From assembly GCA_964230645.1 (NCBI GenBank), contig CAXRHT010000002.1, forward strand, positions 384,001-448,000: a stretch of 64,000 bases of DNA. Reading direction: 5' to 3'. The stretch comes from Bdellovibrionales bacterium. GTDB lineage: Bacteria > Bdellovibrionota > Bdellovibrionia > Bdellovibrionales > JAGQZY01. Below the pieces are notes generated by a model. The model saw only the letters and a list, made by a program, of their open reading frames with translations, did not search any database and was not told the origin of the DNA. The stretch's first letter is position 1, and each line of letters begins with the position of its first letter. The translations under genes were made by a program, and so were the position numbers. Below are positions 29,989-40,882 of this stretch, in pieces.

Positions 29989-30187
29989 GGAACTCTCTTG
30001 TTTTAGTTAAGTTGTGATTTTCTACCCTCGCCGACGCCTTTAATCCAGAATTTCCTATCGCGTCAAACAACGATAAATAGAGAAATGACAAGGTTTGTGG
30101 TCTTTTCACAACACTTAAAGACTCCCCATGAGCCTATGACCAGAAATCAGCCTACAAAACACACAAAATCAGGGATATTGGAGATAT

Positions 30188-30219
30188 AAAAAAAGCCCGC
30201 TTTCATTCAAGCAGGCTTT
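30188..30219 (-). terminator. Intrinsic terminator of the histone gene
   Basis: AAAAAAAGCCCGCTT-loop-AAGCAGGCTTT on plus; U-tract on minus. Confidence 0.65.
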
Positions 30220-30271
30220 GGTAAAAATTCGCTGAGTAAAGAAGGCCTTGGAGGCCTTCATTTAGCCAAGA

Positions 30272-30511
30272 CTACGACATAAAGTCGTGAGCACGAACGG
30301 TTTTACGTCCATTGCTTTTTGCTCTTTGAGCGGCCTGGTCAACGTACCAATGAAGGATAGAGTTTGCTCCCTCTAAGGCATCAGCAGCCACATTTACGCC
30401 ATGGGCTTTTAAAGCTTCTTTGAACTTGCTTTGAACAACAATTACTTCGCCTTTTTTCTTAGCGGATGTTTTTTTCTTAGCTGCTGCTTTTTTCTTCTTC
30501 TTTTTCGCCAT
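30272..30511 (-). CDS. Bacterial histone-fold protein with Lys/Ala-rich N-terminal tail
   Basis: EVIVVQSKFKEALK...AAQRAKSNGRKTVRAHDF resembles Bd0055/Leptospira histones (RKTV...D). Strong AAGGAG SD; monocistronic with terminator. Confidence 0.9.
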   Translation of the reverse strand: MAKKKKKKAAAKKKTSAKKKGEVIVVQSKFKEALKAHGVNVAADALEGANSILHWYVDQAAQRAKSNGRKTVRAHDFMS

Positions 30512-30620
30512 TATCTAACTCCTTTTTTGAACATGAAATGGTACGAACCTAAATATTGTTGGATATTTAGATTCTTATCAACTTTAAAAAAAAGTAACGC
30601 ATGGTCGAAAGTCGAGCTGC

Positions 30621-31094
30621 TTAGAAGTTAAACCTCAAACTGGCATTGGTTAATAGCTGATTGCCTCCAAAAAGAGCATCGCTAAACCAGTTTTGTAAAT
30701 ACATAAGTTCCATTCCCACCGACATCCTTGCATTCAGACGATAAAGGGTACCCACTTTGTACAACGCCCCTAAAGTTGTTTCCGACTGCGCTCCAATGAC
30801 ATCTTCAAATGACAATATCCCTAGACCGGGAGCGAGGTAAACTTTCCAGTTTTTAGGACCAAAGTAGACTTTGACATCCCCGCCCAAACTCCAGAATTGT
30901 CCCCGCACATTATCATTGGCGGTCCCTAAAACAAAAAAAGCCCCCCAACTATGGGAGCGTTTTTTCTGATAATCGAGGTCTGCAGTGAAATGAAACGAGC
31001 CTTGATCAAAACCCAGACCTCCTTGAAAAGAAGTTCTTGCTGCAAAAGTTTGGATTCCAAAAAGTAGGACAAAAAAACTAATCAGTAGACGCAT
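30621..31094 (-). CDS. Small (8-strand-size) outer-membrane beta-barrel
   Basis: Signal peptide, amphipathic strands, C-terminal LRFNF. Confidence 0.8.
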   Translation of the reverse strand: MRLLISFFVLLFGIQTFAARTSFQGGLGFDQGSFHFTADLDYQKKRSHSWGAFFVLGTANDNVRGQFWSLGGDVKVYFGPKNWKVYLAPGLGILSFEDVIGAQSETTLGALYKVGTLYRLNARMSVGMELMYLQNWFSDALFGGNQLLTNASLRFNF

Positions 31095-31463
31095 ATTCTC
31101 TCCCTCGCTCTCTTATTAAACCCATCTCACCATTTTCACACCACCGGTTCAATAAGTTTTATTTCTTTAAGTCGGACATTGTACTAAATATTTTCTATTT
31201 AAAATCAATATGAATTGTTGAAACTCGTACTTTTAAAAGTCACGATGGAACTGAATTTTGTTTAGTTTCAATAGGCATTTTCTGTAATTTTTTTTGATAC
31301 TTACGAAACAACTGTTTTCAATTTTAAAAATATTTTGATGAACAAAAGCTTTAAAATTGCTAATCTATCTGTATCATTAAAGAGTAACACTAACGGCTAA
31401 AAGCAAGACCACGCAGCCATTCGGGAAAGTTGAAATTACTGACCAGTCAGCCAAGGAGAATGC

Positions 31464-31778
31464 ATGAAAACCCAAAAGCATTTCGAAGCCATCGGAAACT
31501 TTCTTCTTAAAAAAAGAGAAAAACAAAAATTAACTCAGAAAGAATTAGCCAGTCGGCTTGGCATTACTTCGCAAATGGTATCCAATTGGGAGCAAGGAAA
31601 ATGTGGACCTCCCAATGACAAACTCAAAGCCATTGGAGAAAATCTAAAAATTCAAAAAGAAGATTTTCTTTTTAATTTGTTAAAATCAAGAGAACACTTT
31701 TATCGTTTAAGTTTAGGTATGAGTGAGAAGAGAACTCTTTTAAAAAAGAAAGACATTATCGATACTGTTAATCAGTGA
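31464..31778 (+). CDS. XRE-family HTH transcriptional regulator
   Basis: REKQKLTQKELASRLGITSQMVSNWEQGKCGP; AAGGAG SD. Confidence 0.9.
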   Translation: MKTQKHFEAIGNFLLKKREKQKLTQKELASRLGITSQMVSNWEQGKCGPPNDKLKAIGENLKIQKEDFLFNLLKSREHFYRLSLGMSEKRTLLKKKDIIDTVNQ

Positions 31779-31781
31779 GTC

Positions 31782-31910
31782 TTACCTCTGCGCTTGATAC
31801 AAGGAATGGGAACTTGTAGGCTGGGTGGAATGAGACAGCGTGCAGTTTTGAAACCACAATAGAGCTATTAATCCTAAAAACCCCAATAATGATATTTGAT
31901 AGCGTTTCAT
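31782..31910 (-). CDS. 42-aa micro-lipoprotein (below the ORF-track cutoff)
   Basis: Manual translation MKRYQISLLGFLGLIALLWFQNCTLSHSTQPTSSHSLYQAQR*; GGGGGA SD upstream; same FQNC motif as 43717. Confidence 0.7.
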   Translation of the reverse strand: MKRYQISLLGFLGLIALLWFQNCTLSHSTQPTSSHSLYQAQR

Positions 31911-32014
31911 TTCAAATCCCCCAACCCATAATGATACCTACTAGAGGGATTTTTGCAAGACTAATTAAGTTTTAATCCATACACATTTATAACTTAAACC
32001 AAGCTCATTTCACT

Positions 32015-33292
32015 TCAAGGATGTTTTGGATAAATTTTTTCTATTTCTGGTAGAACATTTTGTAATGACTGATTTCTAAATTTATCCATTTTTGCATTCC
32101 ATTCAATAAACTTTTTCTCAAACTTTTTTTGCTCACCCGTATTAAGCATCTCCCAACAACTCTCAAAAAGTTTAAATCTCTCTTTATTGACGGGGCCATA
32201 CTCGCCAGTGAAATAAAGATCTTCTCTTTCCTTAATATAATTTAAAATTTTTATTTTTGTTTCTTTTCTGACCGCGGCTGGAAGAGCCTCGACCCTCAGG
32301 GCTTCAGGATAATCCATGGAGATAAAGTAAGGAAAAACAGCCGCCTGATCCTTAAACTGCGAAAGGTAATCCATAAGCTCCGTGACCCTTAAGATCGACA
32401 AGGCTTGGAAGACGGTGTGAAATTCCATATAGACAGGAACTTGTGACTTTAAGGACAACACTTTTCGAATATTGGCATCCACATCCTGCCATTTCGATGG
32501 ATAACGAATATAGTTATTAAGCTCCCCCACAGCCTCGATACTACAATTGATCTGCACACTTTTAAAATGAGACCAGTGCTCCAGCAATTGGTCTGGGAGA
32601 TGGGTTAGATTACTGTGATAACGAAGAGAGACTTTTTGAGCCAGCCCTCTTTGAATTAACTGTTCAAGTATATAAAAATGCTGGCGACTTAAGAAAGGCT
32701 CACCACCAGTAAAGAGCATCTCTTCCACATGATTAAAAACCCGATCCATGAGTGAGCGAAATCGATCGTTGAGTTTCCACTGCGTTCGAGCCAAATGAGT
32801 TTGCTCTTTATCAAAGGAAATATTCAACTCTTCAAATTCAGAGACCATCTTTTGGCTAAACATCGGAGCACACATACGACACTGTAAATTACAAAGATTC
32901 CCCAAGGCGAAGTCGAGATACAACACTTCAGGCTTTACTGCCCCCCTCCAAGAGGTCTCTTCAATCTTTTCTTGTAGCTCTTTTTTCCAGAGTTTGAGAT
33001 AGACCTGTCTTAAAGAGTGCCCTCCTTTTTCCTCAATGCTGTAACACTTTGTGCAGGTGAAGGGCTTTTTGCCTGCAAGCATCTCTCTTCGCACTTTTCT
33101 CAAAAAAGAGTGATTGAGAGCTTTCTTGGGATGATCAATCTGACTAAGATAAACCCTCTTTCCCCTTCTGTTAGTAAATATTCCCTCTCCGGCAGTGTTA
33201 CAACAAACTCTGAGGCTGCCATCAGTGTTAGCACTTAGGTGAATCCAGGGAAGGGGGCAAAGTGTTTTCGAAGCTTCAGACTTTTTGGCCAT
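32015..33292 (-). CDS. Radical SAM protein with N-terminal twitch/SPASM-like Cys cluster
   Basis: CPLPW..CC..CTKC, then CNLQCRMC, TGGEP, YIRYPS. Start set at MAKK (33292). Confidence 0.9.
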   Translation of the reverse strand: MAKKSEASKTLCPLPWIHLSANTDGSLRVCCNTAGEGIFTNRRGKRVYLSQIDHPKKALNHSFLRKVRREMLAGKKPFTCTKCYSIEEKGGHSLRQVYLKLWKKELQEKIEETSWRGAVKPEVLYLDFALGNLCNLQCRMCAPMFSQKMVSEFEELNISFDKEQTHLARTQWKLNDRFRSLMDRVFNHVEEMLFTGGEPFLSRQHFYILEQLIQRGLAQKVSLRYHSNLTHLPDQLLEHWSHFKSVQINCSIEAVGELNNYIRYPSKWQDVDANIRKVLSLKSQVPVYMEFHTVFQALSILRVTELMDYLSQFKDQAAVFPYFISMDYPEALRVEALPAAVRKETKIKILNYIKEREDLYFTGEYGPVNKERFKLFESCWEMLNTGEQKKFEKKFIEWNAKMDKFRNQSLQNVLPEIEKIYPKHP

Positions 33293-33578
33293 TAAAATCT
33301 TTTGTGTTTCTATAAATTTTTTTATCCAGCAAAAAGGGGCCAAAGGGAAGGACTGAGGATAAAAGGGCTAGTATCAATCGTTTCAAGCCCCAATCTTTTT
33401 CAGAAGAGACATAAAAAGCAAAAAGGACAAAGAGAATAAAAAGTCCTCCATGAGCCATACCAACCCATCGAACGTAGATCGGCTCTCCTGCGAGGTACTT
33501 CATTGGCATAGCCGCAAACAAAAGAAGAAGAAACGAGAGCCCTTCAATATATCCCAGTGTTCTTAGTTTTGATTCCAT
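33276..33578 (-). CDS. DUF3817-type small membrane protein
   Basis: EGLSFLLLL..AMPMKY, GMAHG, LPFGPF. Confidence 0.85.
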   Translation of the reverse strand: MESKLRTLGYIEGLSFLLLLFAAMPMKYLAGEPIYVRWVGMAHGGLFILFVLFAFYVSSEKDWGLKRLILALLSSVLPFGPFLLDKKIYRNTKDFNGQKV

Positions 33579-33611
33579 AAACTCTAAAATGACACAATTT
33601 GGCCCCCTTGA

Positions 33612-34079
33612 CTAGCGCCGCCTTGGATTCGCCACAAGAAAAACGCGCCCCAAAGCCCCAGCGATCGATGTCGCAACATCAATAAGGAAAATACTGAGCG
33701 AGGGGCTATTTCCTGACCTAAATTGCTTTAACTTTTGGTTCTGAATCCAAAATTTTCGAACCAGATGACAAAAAAAAGGATCGAGAAAATCGCTGCGTTC
33801 CAAAAGGCCGATGCTGGGACCTAAAATGAATTGATATCCCAGAAAAACCGATTGTCGGTAGTTCGGAGCCACATGGTGAGTTTCAAAGAGGTATTCTTCA
33901 AGAGTCAATTTTTTCTTACAATACAAAGACCAACAGATTGAGGCTTTCTCACTCACATCCGGGTCTTTTAATGGTTGAGAAGACTCAGGAATGAGAAAAC
34001 CTGGAAGACAAAGGACTAAACAAAAGGGCAGCCAAAACAAATGAAAGACAAAGTATAGTGTCCAATAGAGGAGCTTCAT
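33612..34079 (-). CDS. Hypothetical membrane-anchored protein
   Basis: Overlaps the SDR stop codon (ATGA); hydrophobic N-terminus. Confidence 0.6.
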   Translation of the reverse strand: MKLLYWTLYFVFHLFWLPFCLVLCLPGFLIPESSQPLKDPDVSEKASICWSLYCKKKLTLEEYLFETHHVAPNYRQSVFLGYQFILGPSIGLLERSDFLDPFFCHLVRKFWIQNQKLKQFRSGNSPSLSIFLIDVATSIAGALGRVFLVANPRRR

Positions 34080-34867
34080 TGGCTGTCGCGGCTAAAATAG
34101 GACTGAATCGTTTTTTTAAAAAAACCGGGGAAATAGCGCGCCATCTGCACCCCCCAATAACTATTGCCGCTGGGAAGACAAAAACTCTCATCCTCTTTGA
34201 TAGCCTTAAAAACCTTTTTGGCCCATTTCTCCGCCGGGATCGATGAGAGAAACTTTAAGTCCAGATGACCAGAGTAGAGCTCACTGATATCGTCAAACAT
34301 TCTTGTCTTTACCCCAGGAGTGATCAAAGTAAGAGTGCTCACCGAAGTCGCCTTTAGTTCAGCACTCAGAGATTCGGTAAAAGCAATCACTCCGGCTTTA
34401 CTAGCAGCATAGGTCGAAGCACATGGGAAAGACATATAACCCGACACGGAGGCATTGTTGATGATTTTGGCCTCAGGCCTTCCTAACAAATGAGGAAGCA
34501 TGACTTGAGTGAGGTGAATCAAGCCCGTAAGATTCACCTGAAGCATTTTATAAATGTCGTCTGGGTCTTGCTCTTCCAGGAGTCCTCCAGTGAGCTGTCC
34601 TGCGTTGTTAAAAAGAAGGTCACAGTGCTCCCCTGAACTGTTAAACCTTTCAAAGAACTGCTTTATATTCTGACTCTCTGAAAGGTCGAGCTGCCAAGTT
34701 CTAACATCCTCAGCCCCTGCTTTTTTTAGATCGTCTTCAAGACTCTTATCCATAGAACGAATCACAGGATGGACTTTCATTTTGTTACGAGCCGCCTCGA
34801 GAGCCATGGCTCGTCCGATCCCTCGATTCGCACCGGTGATAAAAATGTTTTTACCTCTCAAGTTCAT
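34076..34867 (-). CDS. Short-chain dehydrogenase/reductase
   Basis: TGANRGIG, NNAG, YAASK. Confidence 0.95.
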   Translation of the reverse strand: MNLRGKNIFITGANRGIGRAMALEAARNKMKVHPVIRSMDKSLEDDLKKAGAEDVRTWQLDLSESQNIKQFFERFNSSGEHCDLLFNNAGQLTGGLLEEQDPDDIYKMLQVNLTGLIHLTQVMLPHLLGRPEAKIINNASVSGYMSFPCASTYAASKAGVIAFTESLSAELKATSVSTLTLITPGVKTRMFDDISELYSGHLDLKFLSSIPAEKWAKKVFKAIKEDESFCLPSGNSYWGVQMARYFPGFFKKTIQSYFSRDSQ

Positions 34868-35286
34868 AAATCGCCTCTCAATGCTATGTAAGTAAACAAA
34901 ACGGCCGCCTTAATCGTCCATAAAAAGGTTCGTGGCCAATTGGTTGAAATTAACTTTTGAATACACTTTCGATCAAACCCGTTCTTTACTAATTTTTCGT
35001 GGAAGGGAACGGAGACAAAAAAAGTGAAACCCCAAAGCAGTAGAACAACGAGTAATAGAAGAGCAAAAATAGAACCCGGGTTTTGCCATAAAAGCCAGGC
35101 TCCTGTTAACAGCTCTAAAATCATCGCTGGTCCCACCAAATAGAACATCTGCCTTTGGTGAAACCTGTGAAATTTGGAGAAATAGGCCGAGTCGATGGAA
35201 AGAAAACTGGGGTAATGCACCAACTGAATGGTCCAAATCATTCCCAATAAATACCAAGTGATGAAAGAGTGAAACAACAAGAGCAT
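34864..35286 (-). CDS. Four-helix membrane protein (DUF1772-like)
   Basis: WTIQLVHYP, VPFH, NWPRT; hydrophobic helices. Confidence 0.75.
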   Translation of the reverse strand: MLLLFHSFITWYLLGMIWTIQLVHYPSFLSIDSAYFSKFHRFHQRQMFYLVGPAMILELLTGAWLLWQNPGSIFALLLLVVLLLWGFTFFVSVPFHEKLVKNGFDRKCIQKLISTNWPRTFLWTIKAAVLFTYIALRGDL

Positions 35287-35346
35287 GCCTTATTTTAGAC
35301 ACACCCTCGTTTTTGTTCAAGATCTTTTGAACTTTTGTAGATTAAA

Positions 35347-36747
35347 TCACATTTGACGAGCGCGTTTTGAGACAGCTAGAGCCGCTTCCCTCATCACTTC
35401 CGCTAAAGTAGGATGGGCATGAAAGCTTAGTGCAATATCCTCAGAACTTGCACCCATTTCCATGGCCACCACAGCCTCAGCGATCATATCAGAAGCCCTT
35501 GGACCCACTATATGCACGCCTAAGACCTTGTCTGTCTTTTTGTCCGCTAAAATCTTAACTTTACCGTCAGTGGAATTCATCGCTTTGGCTCGTCCGTTGG
35601 CACTGAAGGGAAAACTCCCGCTGGAGTACTCAATACCAGCCTCTTTGAGTTCCTCTTCCGTTTTACCAACTCCAGCCACCTCGGGCCAAGTGTAGATCAC
35701 CCAAGGGTTGGTGTTGTAGTTAACGTGTCCATAATTACCGGCCAGGTGTTCCATTAAGGCCACACCCTCTTCTTCGGCTTTGTGAGCCAGCATCGCTCCA
35801 CCAACAACATCGCCAATGGCATAAATTCCGTCCACATTGGTCTTAAAGTGCTCATCCACTACCACTTGATCGCGATCGTTAAACTCCACACCGCACTCTT
35901 TTAAACCTAAGCCATCAATAAACGCTTTCCTTCCAACAGCCACAAGAACCTGATCGCCTTCGATCTGACCTTTTTCGCCATCTTTTAAGGATTCATACTC
36001 AAGCTTTACTTTGGTTTTTAAGGCTTCCCCACCGGTTACTTTGGTGGAAAGCATAAACTCCATGCCTTGTTTTTTAAGAATTTTAAGGAGGTCTTTTGAA
36101 ATCTGTTTGTCCATAGGCCCACAGATTTTATCAGCAAATTCAATCACTGTGACCTTAGCCCCAAGGCGCATCCAAACAGAGCCCATCTCAAGTCCGATGG
36201 CTCCACCGCCAACAACAATCATATGCTTTGGAACTTTATCAAGCTTAAGAGCTTCAGTGCTTGAGATGATATTCTCACCATTGAATTTTAAAAAAGGAAG
36301 CTCCACAGGAACAGAGCCTGTAGCAATCACAATATTTTTCGCTTCAATGACTTGTTTTTTCTCACCACTGACTTCCACTTTACCAGGCTCAAGAATCTTG
36401 CCGGTGCCTTTAAAAGTGGTGATTTTATTTTTATCAAAGAGGTATTTAACACCTCCAGTGAGCTCGGAAACAACTTTATCTTTTCTCTTCATCATATTGG
36501 AAAGATTAAGCTTTACTCCGGAAACATCGATTCCATGAGTTTCAAAATCATGCTGAGCCTGATGAAAATGCTCGCTGGAATCAAGAAGAGCTTTTGAAGG
36601 AATACACCCAATATTAAGGCATGTCCCTCCAAAGGTGTCATCTTTTTCAACCACGGCTGTTTTCAATCCAAGCTGAGCCGAACGAATCGCACCAACATAG
36701 CCCCCTGGGCCCGAACCAATAATTACAACATCAAACACTTCAGCCAT
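35347..36747 (-). CDS. lpdA: Dihydrolipoyl dehydrogenase (E3)
   Basis: GSGPGG, GGTCLNIGCIPSK, MLAHKAEEEG, HAHPTLAE. Confidence 0.98.
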   Translation of the reverse strand: MAEVFDVVIIGSGPGGYVGAIRSAQLGLKTAVVEKDDTFGGTCLNIGCIPSKALLDSSEHFHQAQHDFETHGIDVSGVKLNLSNMMKRKDKVVSELTGGVKYLFDKNKITTFKGTGKILEPGKVEVSGEKKQVIEAKNIVIATGSVPVELPFLKFNGENIISSTEALKLDKVPKHMIVVGGGAIGLEMGSVWMRLGAKVTVIEFADKICGPMDKQISKDLLKILKKQGMEFMLSTKVTGGEALKTKVKLEYESLKDGEKGQIEGDQVLVAVGRKAFIDGLGLKECGVEFNDRDQVVVDEHFKTNVDGIYAIGDVVGGAMLAHKAEEEGVALMEHLAGNYGHVNYNTNPWVIYTWPEVAGVGKTEEELKEAGIEYSSGSFPFSANGRAKAMNSTDGKVKILADKKTDKVLGVHIVGPRASDMIAEAVVAMEMGASSEDIALSFHAHPTLAEVMREAALAVSKRARQM

Positions 36748-36764
36748 TTCTTTCCTCTTCTTTT

Positions 36765-38039
36765 TTAAACCTGTAACAAAATTCTTGATGGATCTTCAAT
36801 ATTCTCTTTAATGCGAACAAGAAAGCTCACCGACTCTTTACCATCGATCATGCGGTGATCATAAGACAGAGCCAAATACATCATCGGTCGGATTTTGATT
36901 TCATCTCCCACAACGACCGGTCTTTTCTCGATCTTATGCATCCCTAGAATTCCACTCTGTGGAGGATTCAAGATCGGTGTCGACATAAGGGAACCGAAAA
37001 CTCCACCATTGGAAATGGTAAAGGTTCCCCCTGACATATCATCAATACTTATTTTTCCATCTCTAGCCTTAACAGCATAATTCTTAATATTCTGCTCGAT
37101 CTCAGCCAAAGTCATTTTCTCAGCATTTTTCAACACGGGAACTACGAGGCCTTTTGGAGAACTCACCGCCACACCGATATTAAAGAAATTGTTGTACAAA
37201 ATATCGGTTCCATCGATCTGGGCATTCACAGCCGGGAACTCCTTGAGAGCTTCGATCGTGGCTTTTACAAAAAATCCCATAAAGCCAAGACGCACATCGT
37301 GTTTTTTCTCGAAGTCTTCTTTGTACTTGTTGCGAAGATTCATAAGGGCTGTCATGTCCACTTCGTTGAACGTGGTAAGAATGGCCGCTGTTTGCTGAGC
37401 ATTAACCAGTCTCTCTGCAATTTTACGACGAATGGTGCTCATTTTCACGCGCTCGGTGGTTCCCTCTTGAGGTTTTGGAGCGGACTTCGAAGGGGCTTCT
37501 TTTTTAGAAGACTCCTCTTTTTTCGGCTTAAAGTTCATCACGTCTTCTTTAGTGATACGCCCACCAGGACCTGAGCCCTCAATTTGAGAAGGATCAATTC
37601 CTTTTTCATTCACCATTTTTCTAACAGCAGGGCTTAAGTGATCGGTGTCCGCAGCAGAAAGCCCGGCTCCACCACTTCCTTTAGCAGGAGCTTCTTTGGC
37701 TCCACCCGATGAAGCGCCATTAGAGCCACTAGAAGACTGAGACTTCTCTTCTTTTTCAGAATCATCTTCACTGCTGGCTTCTTTTTTATCACCACCAGCC
37801 GGGGCTTCAGCACTGGTATCAATACTTCCAATAACCGCCCCCACTTCGACAGTGTCGCCCTCTGCAGCCTTATGAGAGAGTTTACCGGCTCCTTCGGCCA
37901 CAACTTCCACACTGGCTTTATCTGTTTCTAGACTTAAAATCACTTCGTCACGCTCGACAAAGTCTCCGTCCGATTTGAGCCACTCTCCAATTTCTGCTTC
38001 TGTGATTGATTCACCCACTTCTGGTACTTTGATATCCAT
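36765..38039 (-). CDS. sucB: 2-oxoglutarate dehydrogenase E2
   Basis: Lipoyl ETDKA, E3-binding domain, [10 protein letters not shown]. Confidence 0.98.
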   Translation of the reverse strand: MDIKVPEVGESITEAEIGEWLKSDGDFVERDEVILSLETDKASVEVVAEGAGKLSHKAAEGDTVEVGAVIGSIDTSAEAPAGGDKKEASSEDDSEKEEKSQSSSGSNGASSGGAKEAPAKGSGGAGLSAADTDHLSPAVRKMVNEKGIDPSQIEGSGPGGRITKEDVMNFKPKKEESSKKEAPSKSAPKPQEGTTERVKMSTIRRKIAERLVNAQQTAAILTTFNEVDMTALMNLRNKYKEDFEKKHDVRLGFMGFFVKATIEALKEFPAVNAQIDGTDILYNNFFNIGVAVSSPKGLVVPVLKNAEKMTLAEIEQNIKNYAVKARDGKISIDDMSGGTFTISNGGVFGSLMSTPILNPPQSGILGMHKIEKRPVVVGDEIKIRPMMYLALSYDHRMIDGKESVSFLVRIKENIEDPSRILLQV

Positions 38040-40774
38040 CAGCGACTTCCTTTCTTAGTATTAAAAACGTCTTCCACAATTTGTTGCTGTTCTTTTTTGT
38101 GCATCGAGGGTGAGCCCGTTGCCGGTGAGGCTCTAAAACCTCGCCCCACATAGCTAAGCTCGGCTTTTTTCATTCCCGCCGCACTCATGGAATCCCTCAA
38201 AGGAGCATTGATGTAAAACCAAGAGCCCATGTTTTGCGGCTCTTCTTGGGCCCAAACGACCGACTTCACATTTTTTGCCTTCTTAAAAATCTCAGCAATC
38301 TTATGCTTAGGGTAAGGATAGAGTTGCTCCACTCGGATCAAAGCGACCTTAGCTTTTTCTTTATCAGAGAGCTCTTCTTCCCTATGAGCCAAAAGATCAT
38401 AGTAAAGCTTGCCGCTCACTAGCGCTAACCTCTCGGCTTTTTCAATGTTCACATCGTTATCAGTGAGTACTTCTTCAAAGTTTCCACTGGTGAGCTCATC
38501 AAGTTCACAAACCACCTTCGGATGTCTCAATAAAGATTTGGGAGACATCATCACAAGAGGCACTCGGAAAGGTCTCTTCATTTGACGTCTCAATACATGA
38601 AAGAGTTGTGCGGGAGTGGTCACATTGCAAACCTGCATATTTTTCTGAGCACAGAGCTGCAAAAATCTCTCAAGTCTTGCGCTTGAGTGCTCAGGCCCCT
38701 GCCCTTCATAACCATGAGGCAAAAGAAGAGTCAGTCCGCTCATACGTAACCACTTCTGCTCGCCACTGGCTAAGAATTGATCGATGATAATTTGGGCTCC
38801 ATTAGCAAAATCACCAAACTGAGCTTCCCAGATTGTCATAAAGGTGGGGTCAGAACTAGAGTTACCGTACTCAAAACCCACAACTGCCATTTCTGAAAGA
38901 GGCGAGTTGTAAACACAGAATTCTTTGTCCTCTCTGAGCTCTGCCAGTGGATTGTAGCGCTCGGCTGTATTGATGTCATAAAAACAGGAATGACGGTGTG
39001 TGAATGTTCCACGCACACAATCTTGCCCTGAAAGGCGCACACTGTTGCCTTCGACGATCAAGGTTCCGTAAGCCAGAAGCTCTGCCATCCCCCAGTCGAG
39101 AGGCTTTTTACCTTCCACCATTTCTTTTCTTTGAGAAATAAGTTTCTGAAGCTTTTTGTGAACATTAAAGCCTTCAGGAACTGTGGTGAGCTTCTCGCCG
39201 ACTTCCTTAAGATTTTTCTTAGTGGTTTTGGTTTCAAAGGTCTGTTTAAAGTCTTCGTCTTTACTGCGACGAAGGCCCTTCCAAAGTCCTCCGAGAGTCG
39301 GGATCTCGGTTTCAGGAGGCTTTTCTCTGACTTTCTCTAAGACCTTTTGCAAATTATCCATTTTCTCTTGAAAGAAGTTATCCATGAACTTTTCGTCCAC
39401 AGCTTTTTCTTGAACAATTTTTTTATTGTAAAGGTCTTTGACTGTCTGATGATCTTTGATGGTTTTATACATCACCGGCTGAGTGAAGGAAGGCTCATCG
39501 CCTTCATTGTGCCCATAGCGCCGATAGCAAGTCAGATTGATAAAAATATCAGAACCAAACTCTTGCCTAAAACGTACAGCGATATCCATGGCTCTTACAC
39601 AAGCTTCAGGGTCGTCCCCATTCACATGCAGAACGGGAATCTGTAAAGACTTTCCAATGTCCGTCGCGTAGGGCGAAGAGCGAGTTTGTTCGGGGTCCGC
39701 AGTGAAACCCACTTGGTTATCGATAACAATGTGAATGGACCCACCCACGGTGTAGCCCTTAAGCCCTGAGAGCTGTAAAGTTTCAGCCACCACTCCTTGA
39801 CCGGCAACCGCGGCATCCCCATGAATTTGCACGGGAATGACTTTCTTCCTTTTTTCCGTGTCGTTTCTTTGGCGTTGTTTCGCTCGGGTCATACCACAAA
39901 CCACAGGATTCACCGCCTCTAGATGAGAGGGGTTAAAAGCCAAAGAGACATGACAAGTGCCATTTTTCGACTTTTTATCCGCACTGTGCCCTAAATGATA
40001 TTTCACATCCCCATCAAAATCGTCGTCAGCAAAAGAATTGCCATCAAAGGCCGCCAGAGTTTCTTCAATGGCCCGGTCCATAAAATTCACCAGAACATTC
40101 AGGCGCCCTCTATGAGCCATACCAATAACAATCTCTTCCACACCAAGCTCAGAGCCTTTTTCTACAAGGTGTTCCAGTTGAGGAATCATAGAATCCGCCC
40201 CCTCAATGGAGAACCTTTTAGCCCCCACAAAGCGCGAATGTAGAAATTTCTCTAAGGACTCTGTTCGACAGAGTTGCTCTAAAATGGCTTGTTTCTTTTC
40301 TTTGGAAAAATCCTTGGATGAGTTTTCAAATTCTTTATAAAACCACTCACGAATACCGTGCACAGCATCAGAAACCTGTACACTCAAGGTTCCGCAGTAG
40401 CTTCTTTTGAGATGATTAATAATCTCTCTAAGAGTGGCTCCTTCCATTCCGATGAGTGAGCCTACCGTAAATGATTTATCCAGATCACTTTCCTCGAGAT
40501 TGAACTGAGAGAGTTTGAGATCATCGCCTCCCTGATTAGCGTCACTCAAGGGATCGATATTGGCCTGAAAGTGCCCATAATCCCGATAGGCCTGAATAAG
40601 ATGGTAAACATCAAGCTCTTTGCCAGAAAGAGAGCCTCCCAAATCCTGATTAAATTCCACTCCGGCGAAAAAAGCCTGCCAACTCTCCTCTAGTTCCGAT
40701 GGATTATTTTGATAGATCTCGTATAGATTTTCTACGTACTCCATATTAGCACGCTGAATGCCGGTGAATTTCAC
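38039..40774 (-). CDS. sucA: 2-oxoglutarate dehydrogenase E1
   Basis: [36 protein letters not shown]. Confidence 0.98.
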   Translation of the reverse strand: MKFTGIQRANMEYVENLYEIYQNNPSELEESWQAFFAGVEFNQDLGGSLSGKELDVYHLIQAYRDYGHFQANIDPLSDANQGGDDLKLSQFNLEESDLDKSFTVGSLIGMEGATLREIINHLKRSYCGTLSVQVSDAVHGIREWFYKEFENSSKDFSKEKKQAILEQLCRTESLEKFLHSRFVGAKRFSIEGADSMIPQLEHLVEKGSELGVEEIVIGMAHRGRLNVLVNFMDRAIEETLAAFDGNSFADDDFDGDVKYHLGHSADKKSKNGTCHVSLAFNPSHLEAVNPVVCGMTRAKQRQRNDTEKRKKVIPVQIHGDAAVAGQGVVAETLQLSGLKGYTVGGSIHIVIDNQVGFTADPEQTRSSPYATDIGKSLQIPVLHVNGDDPEACVRAMDIAVRFRQEFGSDIFINLTCYRRYGHNEGDEPSFTQPVMYKTIKDHQTVKDLYNKKIVQEKAVDEKFMDNFFQEKMDNLQKVLEKVREKPPETEIPTLGGLWKGLRRSKDEDFKQTFETKTTKKNLKEVGEKLTTVPEGFNVHKKLQKLISQRKEMVEGKKPLDWGMAELLAYGTLIVEGNSVRLSGQDCVRGTFTHRHSCFYDINTAERYNPLAELREDKEFCVYNSPLSEMAVVGFEYGNSSSDPTFMTIWEAQFGDFANGAQIIIDQFLASGEQKWLRMSGLTLLLPHGYEGQGPEHSSARLERFLQLCAQKNMQVCNVTTPAQLFHVLRRQMKRPFRVPLVMMSPKSLLRHPKVVCELDELTSGNFEEVLTDNDVNIEKAERLALVSGKLYYDLLAHREEELSDKEKAKVALIRVEQLYPYPKHKIAEIFKKAKNVKSVVWAQEEPQNMGSWFYINAPLRDSMSAAGMKKAELSYVGRGFRASPATGSPSMHKKEQQQIVEDVFNTKKGSR

Positions 40775-40882
40775 AAAAGACCTCGCTGCGGTTGAATTTA
40801 TGCACTACCTAATACCTTAATTCTAGCAGCTAGAAAAGACCCGTTGCAGGCCTGCTGGACATAACCCGGCCCTCGGTGGGGC

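Noticed and set aside
31380..31460. Possible c-di-GMP riboswitch before the XRE gene
   Set aside because: I could not fit the class I or class II consensus helices.
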